The notes beneath the pieces were generated by a model. The model was given only the letters and a program-made list of their open reading frames with translations, was not told where the DNA came from and ran no database searches. Shown piece by piece: positions 10,494-18,167 of a stretch of 32,852 nucleotides of DNA. Source of the DNA: a virus (taxonomy: Duplodnaviria > Caudoviricetes); the IMG/VR virus record IMGVR_UViG_3300048578_000420, positions 1 through 32,852 of that record. One strand, 5' to 3'. Position 1 is the stretch's first letter. Each line of letters opens with the position of its first letter. The position numbers were made by a program, and so were the translations under genes.

Positions 10494-10565
10494 AGGGGCA
10501 GGTGGTACTAGAACTTCAATGCGGGGCATCGAGGTGCCGGGACTTTCACCCGTACTCCTGCCCCT
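10494..10565 (-). ncRNA. C4/CI-like cloverleaf antisense RNA candidate
   Basis: Outer stem AGGGGCAGG-A-GUAC / GUAC-CA-CCUGCCCCU encloses hairpins GGG(UGAAAGU)CCC and GGCA(CCUCGA)UGCC plus a single strand complementary to the upstream leader. Confidence 0.6.
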
Positions 10566-10627
10566 AAAGCATTGATATGTGACTCGAATAAGTTCACCAT
10601 AAATTATGTATTGAAGTTCTAGTTCTG

Positions 10628-10635
10628 CAAAGATA
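10628..10635 (-). promoter_or_regulatory. Bacteroidota sigma-A -7 box (TATCTTTG) driving the RNA/40-aa ORF cassette
   Basis: Exact TAnnTTTG match just downstream of a terminator. Confidence 0.6.
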
Positions 10636-10640
10636 TAAAA

Positions 10641-10666
10641 AAAGCCTGCAGGAGTCTGCAGGCTTT
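10641..10666 (-). terminator. Intrinsic terminator of the portal/neck operon
   Basis: AAAGCCTGCAG-GAGT-CTGCAGGCTTT followed by a T-run on the minus strand. Confidence 0.8.
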
Positions 10667-10687
10667 CCACAAATAGAAAATAACCAA

Positions 10688-11089
10688 TTATAAAACATCC
10701 AATGAAACCATATTAATAGGATTAGACCATCCACTGCTAATGATAAATGAACCTTTGAAAGCGTATTTTTCGGCCAGAATTTTGCTAAGCTGGTTAAGCT
10801 CAGCGTAAAAAGTAGCGGAATACCATCCTTTCTTTTTTCGTTTTGTATTACTGCCAAAAGCGGCTCCACGACCTACATTCATGTCTACAAAACGTCCGTA
10901 ATAGCGAAATGCAAACTCAACAAATTCAGGGTTCCCATTTGAATTGCTTACAATATGAAGTGCAAAGTCCTGAGCTAATTCACGCACAAGTGTATGCGTA
11001 TTAAGTACTTGCATCTTGTATATTTTGTCAATCCAATTTTGAATGACAATGTCTGCCCACGCTTTTACGGTAATATCTAATCCATCCAT
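10688..11089 (-). CDS. Neck / tail-completion protein (HK97 gp10-like)
   Basis: Motif FRYYGRFVDMNVGRG...RKKKGWYS. Last gene of the head-tail operon. Confidence 0.6.
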   Translation of the reverse strand: MDGLDITVKAWADIVIQNWIDKIYKMQVLNTHTLVRELAQDFALHIVSNSNGNPEFVEFAFRYYGRFVDMNVGRGAAFGSNTKRKKKGWYSATFYAELNQLSKILAEKYAFKGSFIISSGWSNPINMVSLDVL

Positions 11090-11598
11090 ACTTCAGGAGT
11101 GTCAACCATTGCCGATGGTGTTATTATTCGATAATTAACCTGTACACCAATGTACTGGTCGCCGATCGGAAGCTCATACGCTCTTATGTTAACTGTTAGC
11201 GGGTCGAAATTCATTAAGCTGGTTCTTTCTAATTCGCGTTGTTGCATCATTAGTCGATGCTTTCGCATTCGGCCAACGAAATTGTTGGCGATTGATTTAC
11301 ACACTTCTCGGGTTGCTTTTTTATCAGCAACATCACCTGATATAGCCTTTTTTACAACCCAAAATGTGTTGAATATATTGTCGGAAATAGTATCAGCATT
11401 TTCACCGACCGCGCTATAATCGTCTAGATTTACAGATAGTACTTGTAAACCATCGCAATTGTTCATTCGTGCTTCAAATTCTTCGAGGTTAAAAACCGAC
11501 GAAATAGTGTGAACACGTGGCGTTTCGGGTGTATGAAGTATTAGCTTGTGTTTGGCGGCAAGCTGTTGCAAATATTCGTATTGATTGAAATCTGTCAT
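11077..11598 (-). CDS. Putative tail terminator / head-tail joining protein
   Basis: 173 aa, coupled to its neighbours. Function inferred from position only. Confidence 0.4.
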   Translation of the reverse strand: MTDFNQYEYLQQLAAKHKLILHTPETPRVHTISSVFNLEEFEARMNNCDGLQVLSVNLDDYSAVGENADTISDNIFNTFWVVKKAISGDVADKKATREVCKSIANNFVGRMRKHRLMMQQRELERTSLMNFDPLTVNIRAYELPIGDQYIGVQVNYRIITPSAMVDTPEVWMD

Positions 11599-12446
11599 TT
11601 GTTTGTAAGTTCTTCCATTTTTTTATTCTGAACAATCAAATCTTCCCATGTGTATAGTGCGTCGTAAAGGAACTGGGCGCGAACTTCGGGTTTTTTCGTT
11701 ACGTCGTGATCTACCAACATTTCGAGAATATTCATAAATGAATCGAAAACTTGAGCGGCTATTACTCGTTGTGGTTTTTTATTTTCTTCCTCATTGGGTT
11801 TTGGAAAAATGAGAGAGAATTTATTTTGAAGTAAAATACAACACGAGTCATACCAATGCAATATTAATTGGGCTTTCCATGATTCAAGTTTTTTAAATTC
11901 TTGCCAAAAATCTTCGCTGTTTTCGGCCAACGGTTGGCGCCAGTTTTCTTTATCGCAGGTTCGCCATAGTGTAGCGAAAAAGCGAAGCAAGTATTCAACG
12001 TCATTTGTCTCGGCATAGCGAGCCATTAATGTTTCAGTAGCAACCCATTCGCCAAAAGTGAGGTTGGTAAATGCAGCTGCAGGACCATAATAGGCTTTTT
12101 TGAATCGCAACACGGTTAAAGGCATATTGGTAAGTCCAGGAGCGAAAAAACCTTCATCGGTAAAAAGAAAATTAAATGCCGATGTTATATGTGCAATATC
12201 TACTGCAGCTAACCATATCACGTTGTATTTGTATCGAAACGGATAGATGTACATCAAGTCGCGAACACGACGTTTCCATTTTAATTTGGCAATACCTGTT
12301 GTTTCCTTCAATAACTGAAGCTTCACATATTCGGGCGAAGGGTTGAGTTTGTGTGCGATAAAAACAACGCGAAGTTGTTCGTATGTTAATTCATTCCAGT
12401 TACCCGGTATCTGAAATGTGTACTTGTCGATAGTTAGTTTATGCAT
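11595..12446 (-). CDS. Phage morphogenesis protein, possibly a tail assembly chaperone
   Basis: IPGNWNELT and GPAAAFTNLTFGEW repeat-like motifs. Lies in the neck operon. Confidence 0.4.
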   Translation of the reverse strand: MHKLTIDKYTFQIPGNWNELTYEQLRVVFIAHKLNPSPEYVKLQLLKETTGIAKLKWKRRVRDLMYIYPFRYKYNVIWLAAVDIAHITSAFNFLFTDEGFFAPGLTNMPLTVLRFKKAYYGPAAAFTNLTFGEWVATETLMARYAETNDVEYLLRFFATLWRTCDKENWRQPLAENSEDFWQEFKKLESWKAQLILHWYDSCCILLQNKFSLIFPKPNEEENKKPQRVIAAQVFDSFMNILEMLVDHDVTKKPEVRAQFLYDALYTWEDLIVQNKKMEELTNK

Positions 12447-12447
12447 A

Positions 12448-13347
12448 TCAATAAAAGAAAAAAGCTTTTTTAGAAGAGTCGTTTTCGAATGAAGGCATGC
12501 CGATTTTGTCAGTAATATATGTTGAGCTTGCCTTGTAAGTAGGGTAATTATCAGGGCTTTTGTCGAGCACTTTGCGAGCTGCGGCCAAGAAGTTTTTACC
12601 AGCTATTTCAAATCTTGTAAACTGCTTACTGTCGTCAGGAAGATGATATTCGTACCATGTGAGATTAGCGACTGCTGCACATATCAATTTGTAAACTGCT
12701 TTGTTTGTTTGTGTTAGAGATTCCTCTCTAAGCTGTATTCGTAATTCCTCAGCAAATTCGGGCGAAATTACTGGTTCTACCTGTAACATTTCAACTGTGT
12801 CCATAACAGAACGTAACTTACTGAATGTTAAGCGTGAATTGCCTAAATCGTTGACGTAACTGTTAAATACTTCAGCTGAATTAATGAATGATTTAAATGA
12901 TAAAGTATATGCCTCTGATTCAACCCAATCAGGATATGCCTCCTTGTTTTGTTCCAAAAATCTGAGCATCTGTTCAATAGCATCCCATCCAAGCTGCTCG
13001 ATAGATGAATTAAACCGATCGACACGTTGAGCACTTGCCGGAGCTAAGGTTGTACTTGAGGATGTAGTAAAGCCCGATTCACCAAAATTAATGTCGTTGC
13101 TTGCCGATGCTAACATGACTGTGAAACGAGCAGATGCACGCGCTGCATATGGCAACAACGCGCGCAAACTCTCGTCTACTGAAGTGGTGGTTTTGTATGA
13201 GTCTAATTTTTTATAGAGATGTTCTCCAAGCCATGGGCGAACATATTTGCTTTCTGCATCAATAAAAAAGGGTTCAACAGCTTTAAAAGTTAAGCTTGAA
13301 TTAGCCTTTACGTATTGCTTAAGATCGTCGGTAGATGTGACTAACAT
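12448..13347 (-). CDS. Head-tail adaptor-like protein (DUF6712-like) with internal duplication
   Basis: Follows the portal. Has two related halves (AESKYVRPWLGEHLY and VEMLQVEPVISPEFA). Confidence 0.55.
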   Translation of the reverse strand: MLVTSTDDLKQYVKANSSLTFKAVEPFFIDAESKYVRPWLGEHLYKKLDSYKTTTSVDESLRALLPYAARASARFTVMLASASNDINFGESGFTTSSSTTLAPASAQRVDRFNSSIEQLGWDAIEQMLRFLEQNKEAYPDWVESEAYTLSFKSFINSAEVFNSYVNDLGNSRLTFSKLRSVMDTVEMLQVEPVISPEFAEELRIQLREESLTQTNKAVYKLICAAVANLTWYEYHLPDDSKQFTRFEIAGKNFLAAARKVLDKSPDNYPTYKASSTYITDKIGMPSFENDSSKKAFFFY

Positions 13348-13358
13348 AGTTGTATGAG

Positions 13359-14765
13359 TTAAGAGATTACGGCACCGCCTGCCACCTTTTGCGAGCCTTT
13401 TCCGGCATCTAACGTAGTAAGTTCAGTATCTACTATTTCAAAGCTTACTTCGGCAGGCCATTTGTTTATCACTTTTATAACTTCAAGAGGTTGCAATATA
13501 AGATCTCGATAAGCCTTCAACATAGCTTGTTTCATTATAAAGAGCTCACGTGCTTCGGTGCCGTTAATACTTTTAGTTGCACCAGGAGCGGCACCATTTA
13601 ACGAAGGATGTACATTTTGCGCATAGCAAAGCATGCTGTTTGCAATGTTGGTATCCTCGGTAAATTCACCGCCTTTCATTGTGTTTTCGAGAGTCGTGAT
13701 TTTAATGCGAGGATGTTCAGTGCCTTTTAAGTCAACAAAAAAAGTACTGAATACGGCTTTGCCTGTGTTTTCTGTTCCGGTTAACGTTTCCAGAATCATA
13801 TCATATTCGCGCTGTATTCGTTCTTTCTTCAATTCAGGATCAACGATGTTTTCACTTTTAAAAAGGTCTTCAAAGTATTTAGCATCAATTTCAATGATGT
13901 ATTTAAGCGTCATTTGATTGTTCATTAACGCTTTTTTAAATTCAGGAATAGCAACAGCCAAATCGTACCAGCCGCTTAAAAACACAGAGTACCATGGTGA
14001 TTCTGGATAATAGGCACGAGCGCCAATGGAAGGAAAATAGATTGGAATGATATAACTATATTTTTTTTCATCAACCTTTTTCCCTTTAATGTCGGGTTCA
14101 CGGCCTATTCTTCGCTGAAGATCTAACGAAGCGTTGAACGATTTAAGCATTGGAGTTCCTGAGCAATATTTTTTTTCCACAGATCCTTTATACCATTTAG
14201 CAGAATAGAAATGCATCTCTATGTCACCGTTGGCATTCATCGGACTAACTCTTGAAAACATTGCCTCTTTGTGATGTATTTCAAGTACTTTGCGCGATTC
14301 AGGAGCTTCCATATTTAGAACAAGCTCACAATATGAATGATGATAAGTATGTACATCAACACATTGTTCAAGGAGATAAAGCGGTATGTTATTGTTTTTT
14401 ATAAAAGCTTCAATTTCGGAGTATTCGCCAGGGGCAACATCTACTTTTTTTGTTTTCTTCGTTGTCGGATCCTGAATTGTTTTCATCAACTTTAATCCTC
14501 CGCCATAGGTCATGTAAGCATTAAACATGATATTAGCCGATAGCGTTTCGCTGACTTTTATTTTAGATTGAAGCTCATTTGGTTTTTTATTGTTTTTGCC
14601 CCAAGCTACAAATTGATGCTGTTCTTTATCTTCTGATATTTCAATATTATCAGGCGTTTCTTTATCGGCATCGGCAACAACTTCAGCATTTGCTTTAATG
14701 ATGAAGGCTGCCTGTTTGCCTGAGCAGTATGCAAGCCCATCAGAGGTAATCATTTGAATATTCAT
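13359..14765 (-). CDS. Portal protein
   Basis: 468 aa with WGKNNKKP, YYPESPWYS, GTENTGK, VHPSLNG and GTEARELF...RDLILQPL motifs typical of Bacteroidota phage portals. Confidence 0.8.
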   Translation of the reverse strand: MNIQMITSDGLAYCSGKQAAFIIKANAEVVADADKETPDNIEISEDKEQHQFVAWGKNNKKPNELQSKIKVSETLSANIMFNAYMTYGGGLKLMKTIQDPTTKKTKKVDVAPGEYSEIEAFIKNNNIPLYLLEQCVDVHTYHHSYCELVLNMEAPESRKVLEIHHKEAMFSRVSPMNANGDIEMHFYSAKWYKGSVEKKYCSGTPMLKSFNASLDLQRRIGREPDIKGKKVDEKKYSYIIPIYFPSIGARAYYPESPWYSVFLSGWYDLAVAIPEFKKALMNNQMTLKYIIEIDAKYFEDLFKSENIVDPELKKERIQREYDMILETLTGTENTGKAVFSTFFVDLKGTEHPRIKITTLENTMKGGEFTEDTNIANSMLCYAQNVHPSLNGAAPGATKSINGTEARELFIMKQAMLKAYRDLILQPLEVIKVINKWPAEVSFEIVDTELTTLDAGKGSQKVAGGAVIS

Positions 14766-14998
14766 ACAAATACCTCCTCTCCGTTGAAATTTATAATAGT
14801 CGATGTTCGTATTGTGCGAATTTCGCCGCCAGGAAGCTTGATGTCCATTGTCCTGTTAGGCTTATATTCATTTTGAAATATGCAAGATTGAATATTTACA
14901 ATCTCGCCCGATTCTTTAACAAACTCAAGCGAAAACGGCACGTATTCGCCTTTGACTTGCCGTTGTGCAACTAAATAAATTCGTGAACTGTGCAGCAT
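14762..14998 (-). CDS. Small conserved-looking phage protein upstream of the portal
   Basis: 78 aa, beta-rich (FSLEFVKESGEI...GEIRTIR...FNGEEV). ATGA overlap with the portal. Confidence 0.6.
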   Translation of the reverse strand: MLHSSRIYLVAQRQVKGEYVPFSLEFVKESGEIVNIQSCIFQNEYKPNRTMDIKLPGGEIRTIRTSTIINFNGEEVFV

Positions 14999-15016
14999 AA
15001 GAGGTTTCTTTTACTG

Positions 15017-15050
15017 CTAAGTTATTAAGCGAGGATAGGAGGTAGGGGAC
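15017..15050 (-). promoter_or_regulatory. Putative late promoter copy B (portal operon)
   Basis: GTCCC-N21-TAACTTAG. Shares TTTGTCCCCTACC with copy A. Confidence 0.65.
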
Positions 15051-15086
15051 AAAAGAAAAGCCTAGCTAATGCCAGGCTTTCTTTTT
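15051..15086 (-). terminator. Intrinsic terminator closing the accessory island
   Basis: AAAGCCTAGC-TAAT-GCCAGGCTTT flanked by A/T runs. Confidence 0.7.
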
Positions 15087-15104
15087 GTATTCAGCGAAAT
15101 AGTT

Positions 15105-15395
15105 TTATTCCGGAACATCTTTCGATTTTCCGTTTTGAAAACTTCGCCATTTGGCAATAAAATCGGCGAGTTGCCCCATCATCTTTGCCAGTTCCAGATC
15201 CGTTTTTTTGTTCAGCTCAATTTTATCAACTGTTATAAAGTGTTCATCGGTAATGTCTATCTCAGACTCTTTTATTTTAGCAACAAAAAGAGGGTGTTGT
15301 GTATGACTTATAAAATCATACGCAACACCTTCGTGCATTACTCGTCGCGCTATAAATCGAGGACATAAAGGTTTTTCGGGTGAAAAGTTGCTCAT
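15105..15395 (-). CDS. Hypothetical protein (96 aa), accessory island
   Basis: ORF lies between a hairpin and a terminator. No function recognised. Confidence 0.6.
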   Translation of the reverse strand: MSNFSPEKPLCPRFIARRVMHEGVAYDFISHTQHPLFVAKIKESEIDITDEHFITVDKIELNKKTDLELAKMMGQLADFIAKWRSFQNGKSKDVPE

Positions 15396-15409
15396 GGTTA
15401 TAATGATAA

Positions 15410-15429
15410 AGCCCCGATTGCTCGGGGCT
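15410..15429 (-). terminator. GC-rich hairpin / possible terminator
   Basis: AGCCCCGA-TTGC-TCGGGGCT. Confidence 0.55.
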
Positions 15430-15437
15430 AGTTAAAT

Positions 15438-15839
15438 TTATTTTTTAAAATAATTGAAATGAGATACTGCATTTTCAACATCTGATTTTAAAACTCCTTT
15501 TAAATTCATTTTGTTGATTAACAGCAATTTTTGTTCGAATTTAACAGCGTAATCTGCAGCTATCTGTTTACTGCGATCATCACTATTATGGATAAAATCG
15601 CTCATTGAGTGTGCATAGCTGTTTAATAAACGGACTTCGTCTTTGATGAAATCACATATTGCCTTATATGTTTTTTTGCTAATAGTGTAAGACACACCTG
15701 CACCGCCATTTTGATAATCGAAATGAATTGAACAAAATGCATTTCTAACTTCGTTTTTTTCAAAAGAAGAAACTGTAAAAGAAGTCATTCTTTCGTTTGC
15801 AATAAATTCTTTAGCTGTCTCAATTGATATTGTTTTCAT
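15438..15839 (-). CDS. Hypothetical protein (133 aa, start MKTISI), first gene behind repeat copy 1
   Basis: The ATG lies at the end of the duplicated promoter/leader. Confidence 0.7.
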   Translation of the reverse strand: MKTISIETAKEFIANERMTSFTVSSFEKNEVRNAFCSIHFDYQNGGAGVSYTISKKTYKAICDFIKDEVRLLNSYAHSMSDFIHNSDDRSKQIAADYAVKFEQKLLLINKMNLKGVLKSDVENAVSHFNYFKK

Positions 15840-15980
15840 AATCTTAATTTTTTTTGCCTTTATCAAACCGTAAAGGCTTCGGTGTATTGAAGTATTTCAA
15901 TAGCTCAAAGATACGCTAAAGCGTATTACCTTGCAAGCTTTAAATGTTAAATTTTACGCTAAAACGTATTTTTAACATTT
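15833..15980 (-). repeat. 148-bp direct repeat copy 1: promoter, operators and leader
   Basis: 5 mismatches against 16741..16888 by manual alignment. Contains CTTG-N20-TATCTTTG and several palindromes. Confidence 0.95.
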
Positions 15981-16436
15981 AGCGATAATGAAATTAATTA
16001 TTTTCTCAATATTATCGGCTGTCATCGACTTTTTATCGGTGATGAAATCGCTGATAGTTGCCTGCCGAATGCCTACTCCTTCAGCTATTTTTTGCTGTGT
16101 AACGTTGTTGTACTTGGCTGCAAAAAGTTGCTGGTCCAGAATTTTTTTTAACGAAACTTCGCCTTTTTTCGCGACAATAGAAAAAGCAAAATCGGCTAAC
16201 GAATTAGACGCTATTCCGTAGCGATTTACAAACTGATCTTCAAACCCTGGTTCCTTCATTTCTTCGGGTTGTTCTACCTGCTCGGCTTGAGCCAAAGCTG
16301 TACGAGATACTAAATCGTAACAGAAATTTAGCACATTCAGTAATTCTGTTTGATTGTCGGTTATGTTGCCAAAATCGCGCTCTGCTTCGAGTAGTGCGAT
16401 TTCTGTTGAAATGTTGTCGAGTGCTTGCATATCCAT
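15972..16436 (-). CDS. Protein with acidic N-terminal domain and C-terminal XRE/Cro-type HTH
   Basis: VTQQKIAEGVGIRQATISDFITDKKSMTADNIEKI matches the HTH_XRE pattern. Confidence 0.8.
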   Translation of the reverse strand: MDMQALDNISTEIALLEAERDFGNITDNQTELLNVLNFCYDLVSRTALAQAEQVEQPEEMKEPGFEDQFVNRYGIASNSLADFAFSIVAKKGEVSLKKILDQQLFAAKYNNVTQQKIAEGVGIRQATISDFITDKKSMTADNIEKIINFIIAKC

Positions 16437-16471
16437 TTGCCCGTCATGCCGATAGCGCAGCGTTTATTATT

Positions 16472-16747
16472 TTAGAAATTATTGTAATCAAAATTTTCAA
16501 CGTCGTAATCGAAATTATTACGCCACATATTTTGACAATCTTCAATTAACTTTTTATGTAATAAGCGACCGTCATGCATGAAGTCTGTACTTTCAATGTC
16601 TTCAATTTCTTCATCAGTAATAAATGAATATAAACTAAATTCATTGTTTTCTAGTTCGTTAATCATGTGATCTGCAATATTACCAGATATGAACTCACGA
16701 TTGTCATTAACGATTTGTTTTGCGATTTGTAATGCTGAATTTTTCAT
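16472..16747 (-). CDS. Small highly acidic protein (91 aa, start MKNSAL), first gene behind repeat copy 2
   Basis: Asp/Glu/Asn- and aromatic-rich (ITDEEIEDIESTDF, FDYDVENFDY). Confidence 0.7.
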   Translation of the reverse strand: MKNSALQIAKQIVNDNREFISGNIADHMINELENNEFSLYSFITDEEIEDIESTDFMHDGRLLHKKLIEDCQNMWRNNFDYDVENFDYNNF

Positions 16748-16888
16748 GATCTTATTTTTTTTTGCCTCTATCAAACCGTAAAGGCTTCGGTGTATTGAAC
16801 TGTTTCAATAGCTCAAAGATACGCTAAAGCGTATTACCTTGCAAGCTTTAAATGTTAAATTTTACGCTAAAACGTATTTTTAACATTT
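16741..16888 (-). repeat. 148-bp direct repeat copy 2: promoter, operators and leader
   Basis: Near-identical to 15833..15980. Confidence 0.95.
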
Positions 16889-17040
16889 GGAGCTAAAAAT
16901 CTTTCGAAACATGAATAGTTATAGAATGTTTAAGAAATAATAAACAGATGTAAATTATTGGTGTCTTAGGATTAGACACAACCGAGGAACGAGGCAGGAA
17001 TGTAATGACTGTATAATTTACTCCTTTTTAAGCGCGCCAA

Positions 17041-17062
17041 AAGCCTCTAATACAAGAGGCTT
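17041..17062 (-). terminator. Hairpin/terminator after the SymE-like gene
   Basis: AAGCCTCT-AATACA-AGAGGCTT. Confidence 0.55.
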
Positions 17063-17068
17063 AAAGCT

Positions 17069-17305
17069 TTATTCAAGTTCAAAACCAAATTTCTCAATTA
17101 GGTTTGTAAGAGCTGGGTTTTTAATCTGCATACGCTGCAAAACGTCAACCTTTGTAATTACTATACATTCGGGAGCGGTTAAAATCTGAACTTCATCGTT
17201 TATGTTAAAATTCAATTCGGTTAAATATTTGCCCGCTATTCTTACGCCTGGTACGTATTGTTTGCCCTGTGGCGTTTTAACAACATGTTGCGTTTTGGCG
17301 CTCAT
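17069..17305 (-). CDS. SymE-like (AbrB-fold) protein
   Basis: PGVRIAGKYLTELNFNINDEVQI...IVIT resembles the SymE pattern PxLxLxGxWLxxxGFxxGxxVxV. Confidence 0.6.
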   Translation of the reverse strand: MSAKTQHVVKTPQGKQYVPGVRIAGKYLTELNFNINDEVQILTAPECIVITKVDVLQRMQIKNPALTNLIEKFGFELE

Positions 17306-17652
17306 TTGTTGTTTTTAAAAGGTTCTACTTGCTTGTTGCTGAATAAATAGCACAACGGATAAAAGCTAAATTCGTCATCGTTCTGTTTTTCTTTATGCTC
17401 CGTTTTTTGTGCCTTCATTGGCGCTCCCCAAATGACAAAGGCGTGTTCTCCTTTTTTTACTTTAAAGCCCTTTTCTCGCCATTGAAAAAACGTGTTAAAC
17501 TCGGTGTTTTCGGGTGTTGTATAACACTCACGGATAACGTAATCGTTTACGTTTTGGTACCCTCCGTTAACTTTAATTGCTTGCTTTGCGACTTTAGAGA
17601 GCTGCTTTAATTTGTCGCGATTTTCTTGATATTTAGATTCTTGATTTTTCAT
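17302..17652 (-). CDS. Stand-alone ArdC-like N-terminal ssDNA-binding domain protein
   Basis: FNTFFQWREKGFKVKKGEHAFVIW...YLFSNKQVE matches the ArdC/DUF1738 motif TFxQWxxxGxxVxKGE...FxxxQ. No metalloprotease domain. Confidence 0.75.
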   Translation of the reverse strand: MKNQESKYQENRDKLKQLSKVAKQAIKVNGGYQNVNDYVIRECYTTPENTEFNTFFQWREKGFKVKKGEHAFVIWGAPMKAQKTEHKEKQNDDEFSFYPLCYLFSNKQVEPFKNNK

Positions 17653-17741
17653 ATCTTTGTAAAAGTTTCGAAATCCAATTTTGAAACGGTTAAGGAATCC
17701 CCAAAGCAGGTGCGAAACGAAGCTTTGGGGATTTGTTGTTT

Positions 17742-18167
17742 TTAATCCTCTAGCAATTCAGCTTCTAGGCTTGTTATTTTATCGCCTATCTCCTTATCAA
17801 TGAAATTGCAAAACCGTTGCAAAACAAAACTTGAAGAAACACTTACTACATTGTCATTTCTGTAACGACCTGCAGAAAGAACTAAACGAGCGTTTTCATT
17901 ATTGAAATCGTCTTTTTCCTCCTTCTTTGCTTCTGCTGCAAAACTTTTGATTTTCTCGCGTGTCTCAATGAAATTAACACGCTGTTGCGCTAACGTTGAT
18001 TTTCTATTTAAACGGTTGAGTTCCGCTTGAAGCTTTTCGCGTAAAATATCAATTTCTGATTTTTCTTTTACGTCTTTAGGCAGGGTTATTACTTTGCCTT
18101 TAGCTTCGTCTTTGGGTGTTGTTGCCCCATTAGCAACCTGAGCGGCTGCAGTTTCTTTTTTTTCCAT
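17742..18167 (-). CDS. Hypothetical helical/coiled-coil protein (141 aa), first gene of the accessory island
   Basis: Clean ORF, charged and helical. No function recognised. Confidence 0.7.
   Translation of the reverse strand: MEKKETAAAQVANGATTPKDEAKGKVITLPKDVKEKSEIDILREKLQAELNRLNRKSTLAQQRVNFIETREKIKSFAAEAKKEEKDDFNNENARLVLSAGRYRNDNVVSVSSSFVLQRFCNFIDKEIGDKITSLEAELLED

Noticed and set aside
10452-10670. 72-aa ORF from the track, and tRNA, tmRNA or FMN/cobalamin riboswitch identity for the GGGUGAAAGUCCC hairpin
   Set aside because: The ORF spans a terminator, a promoter and the RNA structure. The hairpin lacks a TPsiC/CCA end and the other conserved riboswitch elements.
11595-12446. Programmed -1 frameshift tail chaperone pair
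   Set aside because: I found no convincing slippery site with an overlapping downstream frame, and the gene is not adjacent to the tape measure gene.
15833-16888. CRISPR array or IS ends
   Set aside because: There are only two 148-bp copies with whole genes between them, and no cas or transposase gene.
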